DNA of 64,000 nucleotides, from the NCBI GenBank assembly GCA_036389015.1, contig DASVQS010000024.1, forward strand, positions 4,296-68,295, written 5' to 3'. The position numbers and the translations under genes were made by a program. This document shows positions 55,698 through 64,000 of this stretch, piece after piece. Position 1 is the stretch's first letter, and each line of letters opens with the position of its first letter. The stretch is from Allosphingosinicella sp. GTDB lineage: Bacteria > Pseudomonadota > Alphaproteobacteria > Sphingomonadales > Sphingomonadaceae. The notes under the pieces were generated by a model, which made no database searches, was not told where the DNA came from, and worked only from the letters and a program-made list of their open reading frames with translations.

Positions 55698-55794
55698 AAC
55701 GCAACGACGCAACGACGCAACGATTCACGGCGTGTCGTTAGGCGCAGGTCTCTTTCGCATGCTCGGCCTCGTCGAGTCGTTGCGTCGTTGCGTC
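55698..55794. repeat. Long-range inverted repeat built from tandem 8-mers (ACGCAACG x3) in the ntrX-hfq intergenic region
   Basis: Left arm AACGCAACGACGCAACGACGCAACGA (55698..55723). Right arm TCGTTGCGTCGTTGCGTC (55777..55794). About 53 nt lie between the arms. Confidence 0.75.
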
Positions 55795-55840
55795 TTAAAA
55801 AATGATTGGCCTGCGGCCGGCGAGGACAGGCACTCGATGC

Positions 55841-57229
55841 CTAGTCCTCCGGCTCGCCCTTGGTGTCGCCGATGCCCAGCGCCTTGAGCTTCCGGTGCAG
55901 GGCCGAGCGCTCCATTCCGATGAAGGTCGCTGTCCGGGAGATGTTGCCGGAGAAGCGGCGGATCTGGACCTTGAGATATTCGCGCTCGAACGTCTCGCGC
56001 GCCTCGCGCAGCGGAGTGCCCATGATCGCCTTGACCGCCTCGCCCGAGCTCAGGCTCGCCTGCTCGTTGAGGATCTCGGGCGGGAGCATGTCGAGCTCGA
56101 TGCAGCCGACCCGGGCGCCCGGCGCGAGGATGATGGTCCGCTCGATGACGTTCCTCAGCTGGCGCACGTTGCCGGGCCAGTCATAGGCCTGGAGGGCGGC
56201 GACGGCGTCGGTCGAGAATTCGGGGGTCGGAAGCCTCTGCTCGGCCGCGTAGCGGGCGGCGAAATGGGCGGTCAGCGCCGGAATGTCCTCGCGCCGCTCC
56301 GCCAGCGCCGGCAAATGGACGGGGACGACGTTGAGCCGGTAGAACAGGTCCTCGCGGAAGCGGCCGGCGGCGATCTCGTCGGCGAGGTTGCGCGAGGTCG
56401 ACGACACCACCCGCATGTCGACCTTGACCATGCGCTGGCCGCCGACGCGGGTGAAGCTCTGGTCGGTGAGCACTCGGAGGATCTTCGCCTGCGCCGGGAT
56501 CGGCATATCGGCGATCTCGTCGAGGAACAGGGTGCCGCCATGGGCCTGCTCGAGAAGGCCCGGCCGGGCGAGCTCGCCCCCCTCCTCCACCCCGAACAAT
56601 TCCTCCTCGACCCGCTCCGGCGTCATTCGCGCCGCGCTGACGACGATGAACGGCGCCCGCGCCCGGTTGCTCCAGTCGTGGAGAAGCCGGGCCGCGACCT
56701 CCTTGCCGACTCCGGCCGGCCCCGAGATCAGCACCCGGCTGCCGGTCCCGGCGACTCGCTTCAGGGTGGCACGGACCGCGTTGATCGCCACGCTGGAGCC
56801 GGTCAGCTCCGTGTCCTGGCCGATCTGGGCCTTGAGGCTGGCGTTCTCGCGCCTGAGGCGGTCGGTCTCCGTCGCCCGGGCGACGAGGTGGACGAGATGG
56901 CCGGCCTCGAACGGCTTCTCGATGAAATCGGCCGCGCCCTGGCGGATCGCGGCGACGGCGGTGTCGAGATTGCCGTGGCCGGAGATCATCAGCACCGGAA
57001 GCGAGGGATCGCGCTTCTTGACCTCCTCGAGCAGCTGAAGCCCGTCGAGCTTCGAGCCCTGCAGCCAGACGTCGAGAAGGAGCAGGGACGGCCGCCGGTC
57101 GGCCAGCGCCTGGAGGGCCTCGCCGCTGTTGGCGGCGGTCCGGCACGAATAGCCTTCGTCCTCGAGCACCCCCGAAACCAGGTCCCTGATGTCAAGTTCG
57201 TCGTCGACGATGAGTATGTCGAGGGCCAT
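55841..57229 (-). CDS. ntrX: Response regulator NtrX (receiver-AAA+-HTH)
   Basis: 462 aa. MALDILIVDDELDIRDLV..., Walker A GPAGVGKE. The GAFTGA position reads GVEEGGELARPG, as is usual for NtrX. C-terminal Fis-type HTH. Confidence 0.9.
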   Translation of the reverse strand: MALDILIVDDELDIRDLVSGVLEDEGYSCRTAANSGEALQALADRRPSLLLLDVWLQGSKLDGLQLLEEVKKRDPSLPVLMISGHGNLDTAVAAIRQGAADFIEKPFEAGHLVHLVARATETDRLRRENASLKAQIGQDTELTGSSVAINAVRATLKRVAGTGSRVLISGPAGVGKEVAARLLHDWSNRARAPFIVVSAARMTPERVEEELFGVEEGGELARPGLLEQAHGGTLFLDEIADMPIPAQAKILRVLTDQSFTRVGGQRMVKVDMRVVSSTSRNLADEIAAGRFREDLFYRLNVVPVHLPALAERREDIPALTAHFAARYAAEQRLPTPEFSTDAVAALQAYDWPGNVRQLRNVIERTIILAPGARVGCIELDMLPPEILNEQASLSSGEAVKAIMGTPLREARETFEREYLKVQIRRFSGNISRTATFIGMERSALHRKLKALGIGDTKGEPED

Positions 57230-57232
57230 TGT

Positions 57233-59509
57233 CTATCCGTCTGCCGATATGCTCTGGGGTTGCTCGTCCGCCGCCGCGGCGAGCCGGGCGAGGGCTTCGG
57301 AGTCGAAGACCAGCCGCACCAGGCTTCCGCCGCCGGGCGAATCGTCGAACTCGATATTGCCGAAATGCTCGTCGACGATCTTCTTGACGATGGCGAGGCC
57401 GAGGCCGGTGCCCTTCACCCGGGTCGTCATATAGGGCTCGGTCAGCCGGCCGCGGTCGCCGGGAAGGCCGATCCCGGTGTCGGCGACCTCGATGACGATC
57501 CGCCCTTCCGCGTCGCGGATGGCGACCGACACCTTGTCGTCCCCTTCCCTGCGCCCGTCCTCGCGCTTCTGCTGGATCGCCTCGACCGCATTCTTGATGA
57601 CGTTGGTCAGCGCCTGGCCCAGCTGGCGGCGGTCGCAGACGAGCAGCGGCGAAGGCTCGGGCGCGTCGAGCTTGAAGGCGATGTCGGGATGCGCGACCTG
57701 GTGGAGGAACAGGCTCTCCCCGACGATGTCGGCGATCTTCTCCTCGCGGAACACCGGCTTGGGCATCCGGGCGAAGGAGGAGAATTCGTCGACCATCCGC
57801 CGAAGGTCGCCGACCTGCCGGACGATCGTCCCGGTCAGCTTCTCGAACGTCCCCGCGTCCGACGTGATCTCCTTCCCGTACCGCCTCTGAAGCCGCTCGG
57901 CGGCAAGCTGGATCGGGGTCAGCGGGTTGCGGATCTCGTGCGCGATCCGCCGCGCCACGTCCGACCAGGCGGCCCGGCGCTGGTCGAGCAATTGCTCGGT
58001 GATGTCGTCGAAGGTGAGCACATGGCCGCCTTCGACCCGCACCCGCTTGACGGCGAGGGTGCGGGGCTCGCCGCCCGAAGCGAACTGGATGATGTCCTCG
58101 CGCTGGTCGCTGTCGAGATGGGCGTCGAGCTCGGGGGCGAGGTCGGCGAGCTTGTGGCCAATGGCGTGGCCTGTGTCGGTCTTGAGCAAGGCTTCGGCAG
58201 AGCTGTTGATGAGGCGAACGTTACGCTGCTGATCGAGCGAGATGATACCGGCGGTGACACCCGACAGCACGGCTTCGATAAACGCTCGACGGCTTTCCAG
58301 CTGGGAATTGGCCGAGACCAGATCGCCGGTCTGCTCCTCCAGGCGCTTGGTCATGCGATTGAATGCCCGGCCGAGTATGCCGATCTCATCCTGCACCTGC
58401 TTGCGGGGCAGGCCCCCTGAAAGCTCGCCTGTCTTTACCCGCGTGGTCAGGTCACCGGCCGTGATGCGCCGAGCGGCATCGACCAGCTCGCCGACAGGGC
58501 GAACGAGCCGATCAGCGAGCTTGAGCGCGATCCAGATCGAAAGTCCGACAATCAGCAGCGAGACGAGGAGCATGATCGCGTTGAACCGGAACTGCAGCGT
58601 GCGGGCCCGGGTCAACGTTCTCTGATAATCGCCCGCTGCGCTCTGGGCGCCCTCGGCCAGCGCGAGTAGCCGTGGATTTACCGCTCGGGCGCCATAAATA
58701 TAGACTTCGGCCTTCGGATCGAGCCGGACGACCGCTTCCACCCGATCGCCGTCCTCCTCCTTGCCGATTGCCTTTCCCGCCTTCAACTTCCGTAAGGTGG
58801 CGACACTGAATCGATCTTCGAGCGGCCGGTCGTACAAATTCACCCCGCCCTGCATCTGGATTTCGCCAGAGGGTGTAATCGTCAGCAGGGCGCTTTCCAG
58901 AAGTTTCCGGTTCCCAGTCTGATTCAGCAGGAAATCGGCGAATTGCGGATGGTCGATCCCGTTCTCGTTCACCCAATTGACCACGTCGCCGCCCATGGTC
59001 TGGACTTCCAGCTGGACGTCTTCGCGCTGGTCCTTGCGATACTGGTTCGCTACTTCCTGAGCGTTGCGGATGACCGTCTGAGCGCGCTCCGAAAGCCAGA
59101 AATTGAAGCCGCTCTGAAACAGAAGAGACGCGAAGATCACGACCAGAAGGGTGGGAACACTGGCGATGACCGAAAACAAGGCGACAAGCCTGACGTGCAA
59201 TCTCCCCCTGCCCCCGATTGGCGATTCCGCCGCTCGTCGCATCGCCAACCGACGCGCCACCAGAACCATCAAGGCCATGGCCGGCACGAGGTTGGCAACA
59301 AGCAGGGTTGCCACCATGGGCGGCGTCAGCAGGGTTCCTGGAGAGCCCTTCTCCGTGACGATGAAGTAGCTGGTCGTCGCGACGAGGAGGAGCGCAACGA
59401 GGGTCAGCACCTCAATCAGCGGCATGAAGCGCCCGCGCCGCAAAGCCACCGAGAGCCGTCGGCGCCACCGGGGCCTGGCCTCAGGAATGAGAGGGACTTC
59501 TGCGTTCAC
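57233..59509 (-). CDS. ntrY: Sensor histidine kinase NtrY
   Basis: 758 aa, GTG start. N-terminal TM helices, HAMP, PAS, H-box ARRIAHEIRNPLTPIQL, HATPase GTGLGLAIVKKIV. Confidence 0.9.
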   Translation of the reverse strand: MNAEVPLIPEARPRWRRRLSVALRRGRFMPLIEVLTLVALLLVATTSYFIVTEKGSPGTLLTPPMVATLLVANLVPAMALMVLVARRLAMRRAAESPIGGRGRLHVRLVALFSVIASVPTLLVVIFASLLFQSGFNFWLSERAQTVIRNAQEVANQYRKDQREDVQLEVQTMGGDVVNWVNENGIDHPQFADFLLNQTGNRKLLESALLTITPSGEIQMQGGVNLYDRPLEDRFSVATLRKLKAGKAIGKEEDGDRVEAVVRLDPKAEVYIYGARAVNPRLLALAEGAQSAAGDYQRTLTRARTLQFRFNAIMLLVSLLIVGLSIWIALKLADRLVRPVGELVDAARRITAGDLTTRVKTGELSGGLPRKQVQDEIGILGRAFNRMTKRLEEQTGDLVSANSQLESRRAFIEAVLSGVTAGIISLDQQRNVRLINSSAEALLKTDTGHAIGHKLADLAPELDAHLDSDQREDIIQFASGGEPRTLAVKRVRVEGGHVLTFDDITEQLLDQRRAAWSDVARRIAHEIRNPLTPIQLAAERLQRRYGKEITSDAGTFEKLTGTIVRQVGDLRRMVDEFSSFARMPKPVFREEKIADIVGESLFLHQVAHPDIAFKLDAPEPSPLLVCDRRQLGQALTNVIKNAVEAIQQKREDGRREGDDKVSVAIRDAEGRIVIEVADTGIGLPGDRGRLTEPYMTTRVKGTGLGLAIVKKIVDEHFGNIEFDDSPGGGSLVRLVFDSEALARLAAAADEQPQSISADG

Positions 59510-59681
59510 ATATGTTGGCTACCACAACATTGTGGCAAAAAGAACACAGTATGTAGCATCAGCGGCTCGTTTGGCCGCACCGTGGTCGTTGCCCGGCAGC
59601 GCTGTGCGGCCGGCCACGAGCTACGCGACTCTATGTCACCCTGCTTCAGGGCATCTGACACCGCCGCGTGGGAGACCGGAC

Positions 59682-59828
59682 ATGAAAAAGGCTTTGTTCG
59701 CGCTAGTTGCCATGACGCTACCACTAGCACCTACCTATGCACAGCAGGCACCAAGAATAATCACAGTATGTACCCCGAGTGGGTGCCACAGTTTTCTCTG
59801 CACACCGGACGGCTGCACACCGATCTAG
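59682..59828 (+). CDS. Small secreted Cys-rich peptide (48 aa precursor), hypothetical
   Basis: GGAG 7 nt upstream of ATG 59682. MKKALFALVAMTLPLAPTYAQQ (signal-like) followed by APRIITVCTPSGCHSFLCTPDGCTPI, containing two CTPxGC units. Composition and codon usage are visibly less GC-rich than the flanking genes. Confidence 0.4.
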   Translation: MKKALFALVAMTLPLAPTYAQQAPRIITVCTPSGCHSFLCTPDGCTPI

Positions 59829-59858
59829 TTGGTTGTGCTTAGCTATCGCGGAGGCAGC

Positions 59859-60857
59859 TCAGGCGGCGGCGCGGCTCAGCCAAGGCGCATAAAACTCGTA
59901 CAGCATCGCCTGCGCCTTCTTCGCGTCACCTTCCTTGTTGAAGGCGTTGCGGAATTCGGCGCTGCCGTGGAGGCCTTTCGTGTACCAGCCGACGTGCTTG
60001 CGGGCGCAGTTCACGCCGACTTCGGGGCCGTAGAGGGCGAGCATGTCCCGATATTGCTCGATCAGCACCGCGAACTGCTCGTCGAGGCTCGGGTCGGGGA
60101 GGCGCTCGCCGGTGGCCAGCCAGTGCATCGCCTGGGCGAGGAGCCAGGGGCGGCCGTAGGCGCCTCGGCCGATCATGACGCCGTCGGCGCCGGACTGGGC
60201 CAAAGCCGCCCCGACGTCGTCGAGGGTGCAGATGTCGCCGTTGACGATGACGGGGACGTCGACCGCTTCCTTGACCCGGCGGACGAAGGCCCAGTCCGCC
60301 GAGCCCTTGTACATCTGGTTGCGGGTTCGGCCGTGGACGGTGATCATCTTCACGCCGAGATCAACGGCGATGCGGGCGAGCTCAGGGGCGTTGAGGCTCG
60401 AATGGTCCCAGCCCATGCGCATCTTGAGGGTGACCGGCACCTTCACCGCTTTCACCGTCGAATCAACGATCTCGGCGGCGAGCTTCAGGTCGCGCATCAG
60501 AGCCGAGCCGGCGTCGCCGTTGACCACCTTGCGCACCGGGCAGCCCATGTTGATGTCGATGATCGCGGCGCCGCGGTCCTCGTTGAGCTTGGCCGCCTCG
60601 CCCATCTCCCTCGGAGTGCAGCCGGCGAGCTGCATCGAGACCGGATCCTCGATCGGGTCCCAGTCGGCTTTCTGAAGCGCCTGGCGGGTCTCGCGGATCG
60701 CCGCCTGGCTTGCGATCATCTCGGTGACGGTGAGGCCGGCGCCGTAGCGCTTCACCGCCTTCCGGAACGGCCGGTCGGTCACGCCGGTCATCGGTGCGAG
60801 GATGACGGGCGAGGCGATCCGGACGGGTCCGATCGAGATGGGCGGCAGCGGGCGCAT
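59859..60857 (-). CDS. dusB: tRNA-dihydrouridine synthase B (NifR3 family)
   Basis: Part of ORF 59859..61151. Start [32 protein letters not shown] at 60857. Contains [11 protein letters not shown]. Confidence 0.92.
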   Translation of the reverse strand: MRPLPPISIGPVRIASPVILAPMTGVTDRPFRKAVKRYGAGLTVTEMIASQAAIRETRQALQKADWDPIEDPVSMQLAGCTPREMGEAAKLNEDRGAAIIDINMGCPVRKVVNGDAGSALMRDLKLAAEIVDSTVKAVKVPVTLKMRMGWDHSSLNAPELARIAVDLGVKMITVHGRTRNQMYKGSADWAFVRRVKEAVDVPVIVNGDICTLDDVGAALAQSGADGVMIGRGAYGRPWLLAQAMHWLATGERLPDPSLDEQFAVLIEQYRDMLALYGPEVGVNCARKHVGWYTKGLHGSAEFRNAFNKEGDAKKAQAMLYEFYAPWLSRAAA

Positions 60858-60910
60858 GGGAGGCGCGGAGATAAGGGCAAAGCGGCTGAGGGGCAAGGCT
60901 TGCCTCCAAC

Positions 60911-61003
60911 CGTCATCCCGGCGAAGGCCGGGATCCATGAACACGGGCGTGCCAGGATGTCGACCGGCCGTGTTCATGGATTCCGGCCTTCGCCGGAATG
61001 ACG
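60911..61003. repeat. Intergenic palindromic repeat, family A
   Basis: CGTCATCCCGGCGAAGGCCGGGATCCATGAACACGG ... CCGTGTTCATGGATTCCGGCCTTCGCCGGAATGACG, in the divergent dusB / ispDF promoter region. Confidence 0.85.
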
Positions 61004-61059
61004 AGGGTGCCAACGGTAATGGGCTACAAATCGGCCGCCGATGCTCTAGGAGGCCCGCC

Positions 61060-62217
61060 ATGGAGAGGATGGTCGCCCTTGTGGTCGCGGCGGGGAGCGG
61101 AAGCCGCGCGGGAGGCAGCTTGCCCAAGCAATATCGCCCCCTCGCCGGCAAGCCCGTGCTCCTCCACGCCCTCGACGCGCTGGAACGGGCCGGGATCCGC
61201 GATATCCGCGTGGTGATAGGCCCCGGCCAGGAGGCGCTCTACCGCGAGGCGATCGGCGGACGCGCCCTCCCCTCCCCGATCCTCGGCGGCGCCGAGCGGC
61301 AGGACAGCGTCCGCCTCGGCCTCGAGGCGATCGCCGCCGAGGGCGGGGCCGGAGCCGTCTTCATCCACGACGCCGCCCGGCCCTTCCTTCCGGCAAGCGT
61401 GGTCGGCCGGCTTCGCGAGGGCCTGGCCGCGGCCGACGGCGCCGTGCCGGTGCTTCCGGTGGTCGACACCCTCGCCCGCGCCGAGGCGGCGCTCGGCGAG
61501 CCGGTCGGCCGCGACGGCCTGGTCCGGGTGCAGACCCCGCAGGCCTTCCGCTTCGACTCGATCCTCGCCGCGCACCGGCGGTGGAGCGGGCCGCCGGCCA
61601 CCGACGACGCCCAGGTCGCCCGAGCCGCCGGGCTCCGGGTGGCGACGGTCGCCGGGGGCGAGGCGCTCGAGAAGCTCACCCACGAGGCCGATTTCGCCCG
61701 GGCCGAAGCGCGCCTCGCCGCCGCCATGACCAGCCGGACCGGAATGGGCTTCGACGTCCACGCTTTCGCCGCCGGCGAGCAGCTGTGCCTGGGCGGGATC
61801 CTCATCCCGCACGAGCGCGGCCTCAAGGGCCACAGCGACGCCGACGTCCTCCTCCACGCCCTCACCGACGCTTTGCTCGGAGCGATCGGCGCCGGGGACA
61901 TCGGCGATCATTTCCCGCCCAGCGACCCGAGGTGGCGCGGCGCCGCCTCGTCGCTGTTCGTCGAGCATGCCCGGGCCCTGATCGAGGCGCGCGGGGGGCG
62001 GATCGACCATGTCGACGTCACCCTGATCTGCGAGGCGCCGCGGCTTGCCCCCCATCGCGAGGCGATGCGCGCCTCGGTCGCGGCCTTGTTGCGGGTTGCG
62101 CCGACGCGGGTTAGCATCAAGGCGACGACCACCGAGCGCCTCGGCTTCACCGGACGCGGCGAAGGCCTGGCCGCCCAGGCGATCGCCACCATCCGCCTGC
62201 CGGAGGAACAGCCGTGA
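61060..62217 (+). CDS. ispDF: Bifunctional MEP cytidylyltransferase / MEcPP synthase IspDF
   Basis: Part of ORF 60802..62217. ATG 61060 with AGGAGG upstream. [12 protein letters not shown] (IspD) and GMGFDVHAF...[19 protein letters not shown] (IspF). Confidence 0.93.
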   Translation: MERMVALVVAAGSGSRAGGSLPKQYRPLAGKPVLLHALDALERAGIRDIRVVIGPGQEALYREAIGGRALPSPILGGAERQDSVRLGLEAIAAEGGAGAVFIHDAARPFLPASVVGRLREGLAAADGAVPVLPVVDTLARAEAALGEPVGRDGLVRVQTPQAFRFDSILAAHRRWSGPPATDDAQVARAAGLRVATVAGGEALEKLTHEADFARAEARLAAAMTSRTGMGFDVHAFAAGEQLCLGGILIPHERGLKGHSDADVLLHALTDALLGAIGAGDIGDHFPPSDPRWRGAASSLFVEHARALIEARGGRIDHVDVTLICEAPRLAPHREAMRASVAALLRVAPTRVSIKATTTERLGFTGRGEGLAAQAIATIRLPEEQP

Positions 62218-62720
62218 AATCCATCCTGATCGCTGCCTTGCTCGCCGCCGCCCCCGCCGAGCCGGCGAAACGTTCCTGCCTGACCGAGGCCCAGCTCGAG
62301 GATCTCACCTTTTTCGCCTTGCCGCCGATGCTGGACGGCCTGGCCACCAAATGCGGGCCCTCGCTTCCGGCCGACGCCTATGTGCTGAACGGTGGCCGCG
62401 CTCTTGCCCGAACGCTCGAGCCGGAGGGCCTCAGGCGCTTCGCGGGCGCCAACTCTGCTCTAGGCGCCATGGGCAGCAGCAAACTGCCCCCCGGAATTAG
62501 CGCGTCGACCGCCATCGGCCTGCTTCGCGACACCGCCGCGACCGAACTGTTCGGCAAGCTGACGCCCGAGGACTGCGTTCGCGCCAACCGTCTCGCCGAA
62601 CTGCTGTCCCCGCTGCCGTCCGACAACCTCGCGGGGCTCATCGCCGTCATCATCGAGCTTGGAGTGGCCGACGGGAAGAGGAAGACTTCGCTCGCAATCT
62701 GTCCCACGGCCCGCCCGTGA
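62214..62720 (+). CDS. Hypothetical secreted protein
   Basis: 168 aa. GTG 62214 overlaps the ispDF stop (GTGA). [17 protein letters not shown] signal-like N-terminus. No motif recognised. Confidence 0.5.
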   Translation: MKSILIAALLAAAPAEPAKRSCLTEAQLEDLTFFALPPMLDGLATKCGPSLPADAYVLNGGRALARTLEPEGLRRFAGANSALGAMGSSKLPPGISASTAIGLLRDTAATELFGKLTPEDCVRANRLAELLSPLPSDNLAGLIAVIIELGVADGKRKTSLAICPTARP

Positions 62721-63253
62721 GCGAAACACGCGAATCCGTCCTTCCGCGGAAGCTGGTCGTGGCCGCCCGCCGGGTGGTCGAGGCCAGCCGCGCCGCCGGG
62801 CTGAGGCTGGCAGTGGCGGAGAGCTGCACCGGCGGCCTCGTCGCCGCCGCCTTGACCGAGATTCCGGGCTCGTCGGACGTGCTCGAGGCGGGCTTCATCA
62901 CTTATTCGAACGAAGCCAAGATCGCCTTGCTCGGGGTCAGCGAGGACGTGGTCGAGACTTTCGGAGCGGTGTCGATCGCGGTCGCCTGGAGCATGGCCCA
63001 AGGGGCGCTGAAGCGCACCGGCGCGGACACCGCGGTCGCCGTCACGGGGATCGCCGGTCCGGGCGGGGGAAGCGAGAAGAAGCCGGTCGGGACGGTCATC
63101 TTCGCCCGCGCCCGCCGCGGCGCCGACCCCAAGGAAATCGTCGCCGACACCAGGCATTTCGGCGACCTCGGCCGCGGCGGTGTTAGGCTCCAGGCCGCGC
63201 TGTGCGCGCTCGAGCTGCTGATGCCGGTGGCGGACAAGGGATCGGAAGGCTGA
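62717..63253 (+). CDS. CinA-family nicotinamide-nucleotide amidohydrolase (PncC domain)
   Basis: 178 aa, GTGA overlap with the upstream gene. LAVAESCTGGLVAAALTEIPGSSDVLEAGFITYSNEAK. Confidence 0.88.
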   Translation: MSETRESVLPRKLVVAARRVVEASRAAGLRLAVAESCTGGLVAAALTEIPGSSDVLEAGFITYSNEAKIALLGVSEDVVETFGAVSIAVAWSMAQGALKRTGADTAVAVTGIAGPGGGSEKKPVGTVIFARARRGADPKEIVADTRHFGDLGRGGVRLQAALCALELLMPVADKGSEG

Positions 63254-63255
63254 CA

Positions 63256-63343
63256 CGTCGCCCCAGCGAAGGCTGGGGCCCCGGCGGGTGAAGAGCGACG
63301 GCGCCTTGTACCCCCTGGGATCCCAGCCTTCGCTGGGATGACG
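63256..63343. repeat. Intergenic palindromic repeat, family A
   Basis: CGTCGCCCCAGCGAAGGCTGGGGCC ... GGATCCCAGCCTTCGCTGGGATGACG. Fills the gap between the convergent cinA and ratA genes. Confidence 0.85.
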
Positions 63344-63808
63344 TCAGGCCGGCGCGCTCCGCGAGTCCGTCCCAGCCTCGCCGTACAATTCCCTCGCCCG
63401 GTCCTCGAAGGCCCCAATCATCCGCCTCAGCGCGCGGTCGAACATCTGGCCGGCGAGGCTCTCGAACAGGCGGTTCTTGAAGGCGAAGTCGACGCAGAAA
63501 TCGATCTCGGTGCCGCCCTCCCCGTCCGGCTTGAACACCCAGCTGTTCTGCAGATATTTGAGCGGGCCCTCGATATATTCGGTGTGGATCCGGGTCGGCC
63601 GCTGCTTCTCGACCCGCGAGGTGAAGGTCTCCTTGATCGCCCGGAAGCCGACGACGAGGTCGGCGATCATTAAAGTCTCGCTGTCCGAGCGAACCCGGGT
63701 CGCCGCGATCCACGGCAGGAACTCCTGGTAGCGCTTCACGTCGGCGACCAGATCGAACATCTGCTCGGGCGTATAGGGCATCCGCCGGGTTTCGGTGTGG
63801 CGCGGCAT
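63344..63808 (-). CDS. ratA: SRPBCC/START-fold protein (RatA / COQ10-like)
   Basis: 154 aa. MPYTPEQMFDLVADVKRYQEFLPW... In the conserved position between lipA and cinA. Confidence 0.8.
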   Translation of the reverse strand: MPRHTETRRMPYTPEQMFDLVADVKRYQEFLPWIAATRVRSDSETLMIADLVVGFRAIKETFTSRVEKQRPTRIHTEYIEGPLKYLQNSWVFKPDGEGGTEIDFCVDFAFKNRLFESLAGQMFDRALRRMIGAFEDRARELYGEAGTDSRSAPA

Positions 63809-63814
63809 GACCGC

Positions 63815-64000
63815 CTAACGCACCGCCGCCAGCCGGGCTTCGCGCGCCGCCCTCATCTTCGCGAAGTCGTCGCCGGCGTGGTAGCTCGAGCGGGTGAGCG
63901 GCGAGGCGGCGACCAGCAGGAAGCCCTTGGCCCGGGCGATCGCTCCATAGGCCGAGAACGCCGCCGGAGTGATGAACTCCTCCACCTTGGCATGGCGCGG
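63815..64000 (-). CDS. lipA: Lipoyl synthase, C-terminal fragment (the 5' part lies beyond the window end)
   Basis: Own translation of the minus strand: ...[54 protein letters not shown]...VR*, which matches the LipA C-terminus (PLxRSSYHA). Confidence 0.8.
   Translation of the reverse strand, partial: PRHAKVEEFITPAAFSAYGAIARAKGFLLVAASPLTRSSYHAGDDFAKMRAAREARLAAVR

Noticed and set aside
55698-55794. Tandem ACGCAACG repeats considered as a CRISPR or minisatellite array
   Set aside because: The units are 8 bp with no spacers, only three copies are present, and no cas genes occur in the window. It is kept as an inverted-repeat finding, not as a CRISPR.
63344-63808. RatA considered as a type II toxin of a toxin-antitoxin or defence module
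   Set aside because: No small partner gene is adjacent. The gene sits in the conserved lipA-SRPBCC-cinA housekeeping context, and the fold family also covers COQ10-like lipid-binding proteins. There is no evidence for a TA system here.

Overview
GC-rich alphaproteobacterial chromosome segment. Gene order and content point to Sphingomonadales, but that placement is inference. Almost all of it is conserved core genome. The main blocks are: a TPR protein and a TonB-dependent receptor; divL-like-tsaE-amgK-murU-addB; the rpsB-tsf-pyrH-frr-uppS-cdsA-dxr-rseP-bamA-skp-fabZ block, which has no lpx genes; a cobalamin-riboswitch-controlled btuB-F-C-D operon; rpmE; a second GNAT and a third TonB receptor; pitA-DUF47-phoB-phoR-like next to a CoA-transferase/gcdH pair; tRNA-Ser(UGA); mltB-dacC-tmk-holB-metG; tatD-MBL-aspartic protease-mazG; hflX-hfq-ntrX-ntrY-dusB; and ispDF-cinA-ratA-lipA. 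I saw no transposase, integrase, prophage gene or CRISPR array. The items most worth follow-up are: (1) a PhoR-type kinase that has no membrane anchor and carries an N-terminal Nudix domain; (2) a tightly overlapping GT2 / GT-C-like / NodB-deacetylase / GNAT operon inserted between metG and tatD, which looks like an Arn/Lgm/Gtr-style periplasmic amino-sugar modification module in a host that appears to lack lipid A genes at the usual locus; (3) an Hfq with two tandem Sm domains; (4) a DivL-type kinase with Tyr in place of the phospho-acceptor His; (5) a lower-GC island between dusB and ntrY that encodes a small Cys-rich secreted peptide where ntrBC normally sit; (6) three families of intergenic palindromic repeats, at least 13 copies, some extending into CDS 3' ends; (7) frequent GTGA/TTGA/ATGA (possibly CTGA) start-stop overlaps. 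Many long ORFs in the supplied track are antisense or out-of-frame shadow ORFs typical of high-GC DNA and were not called.
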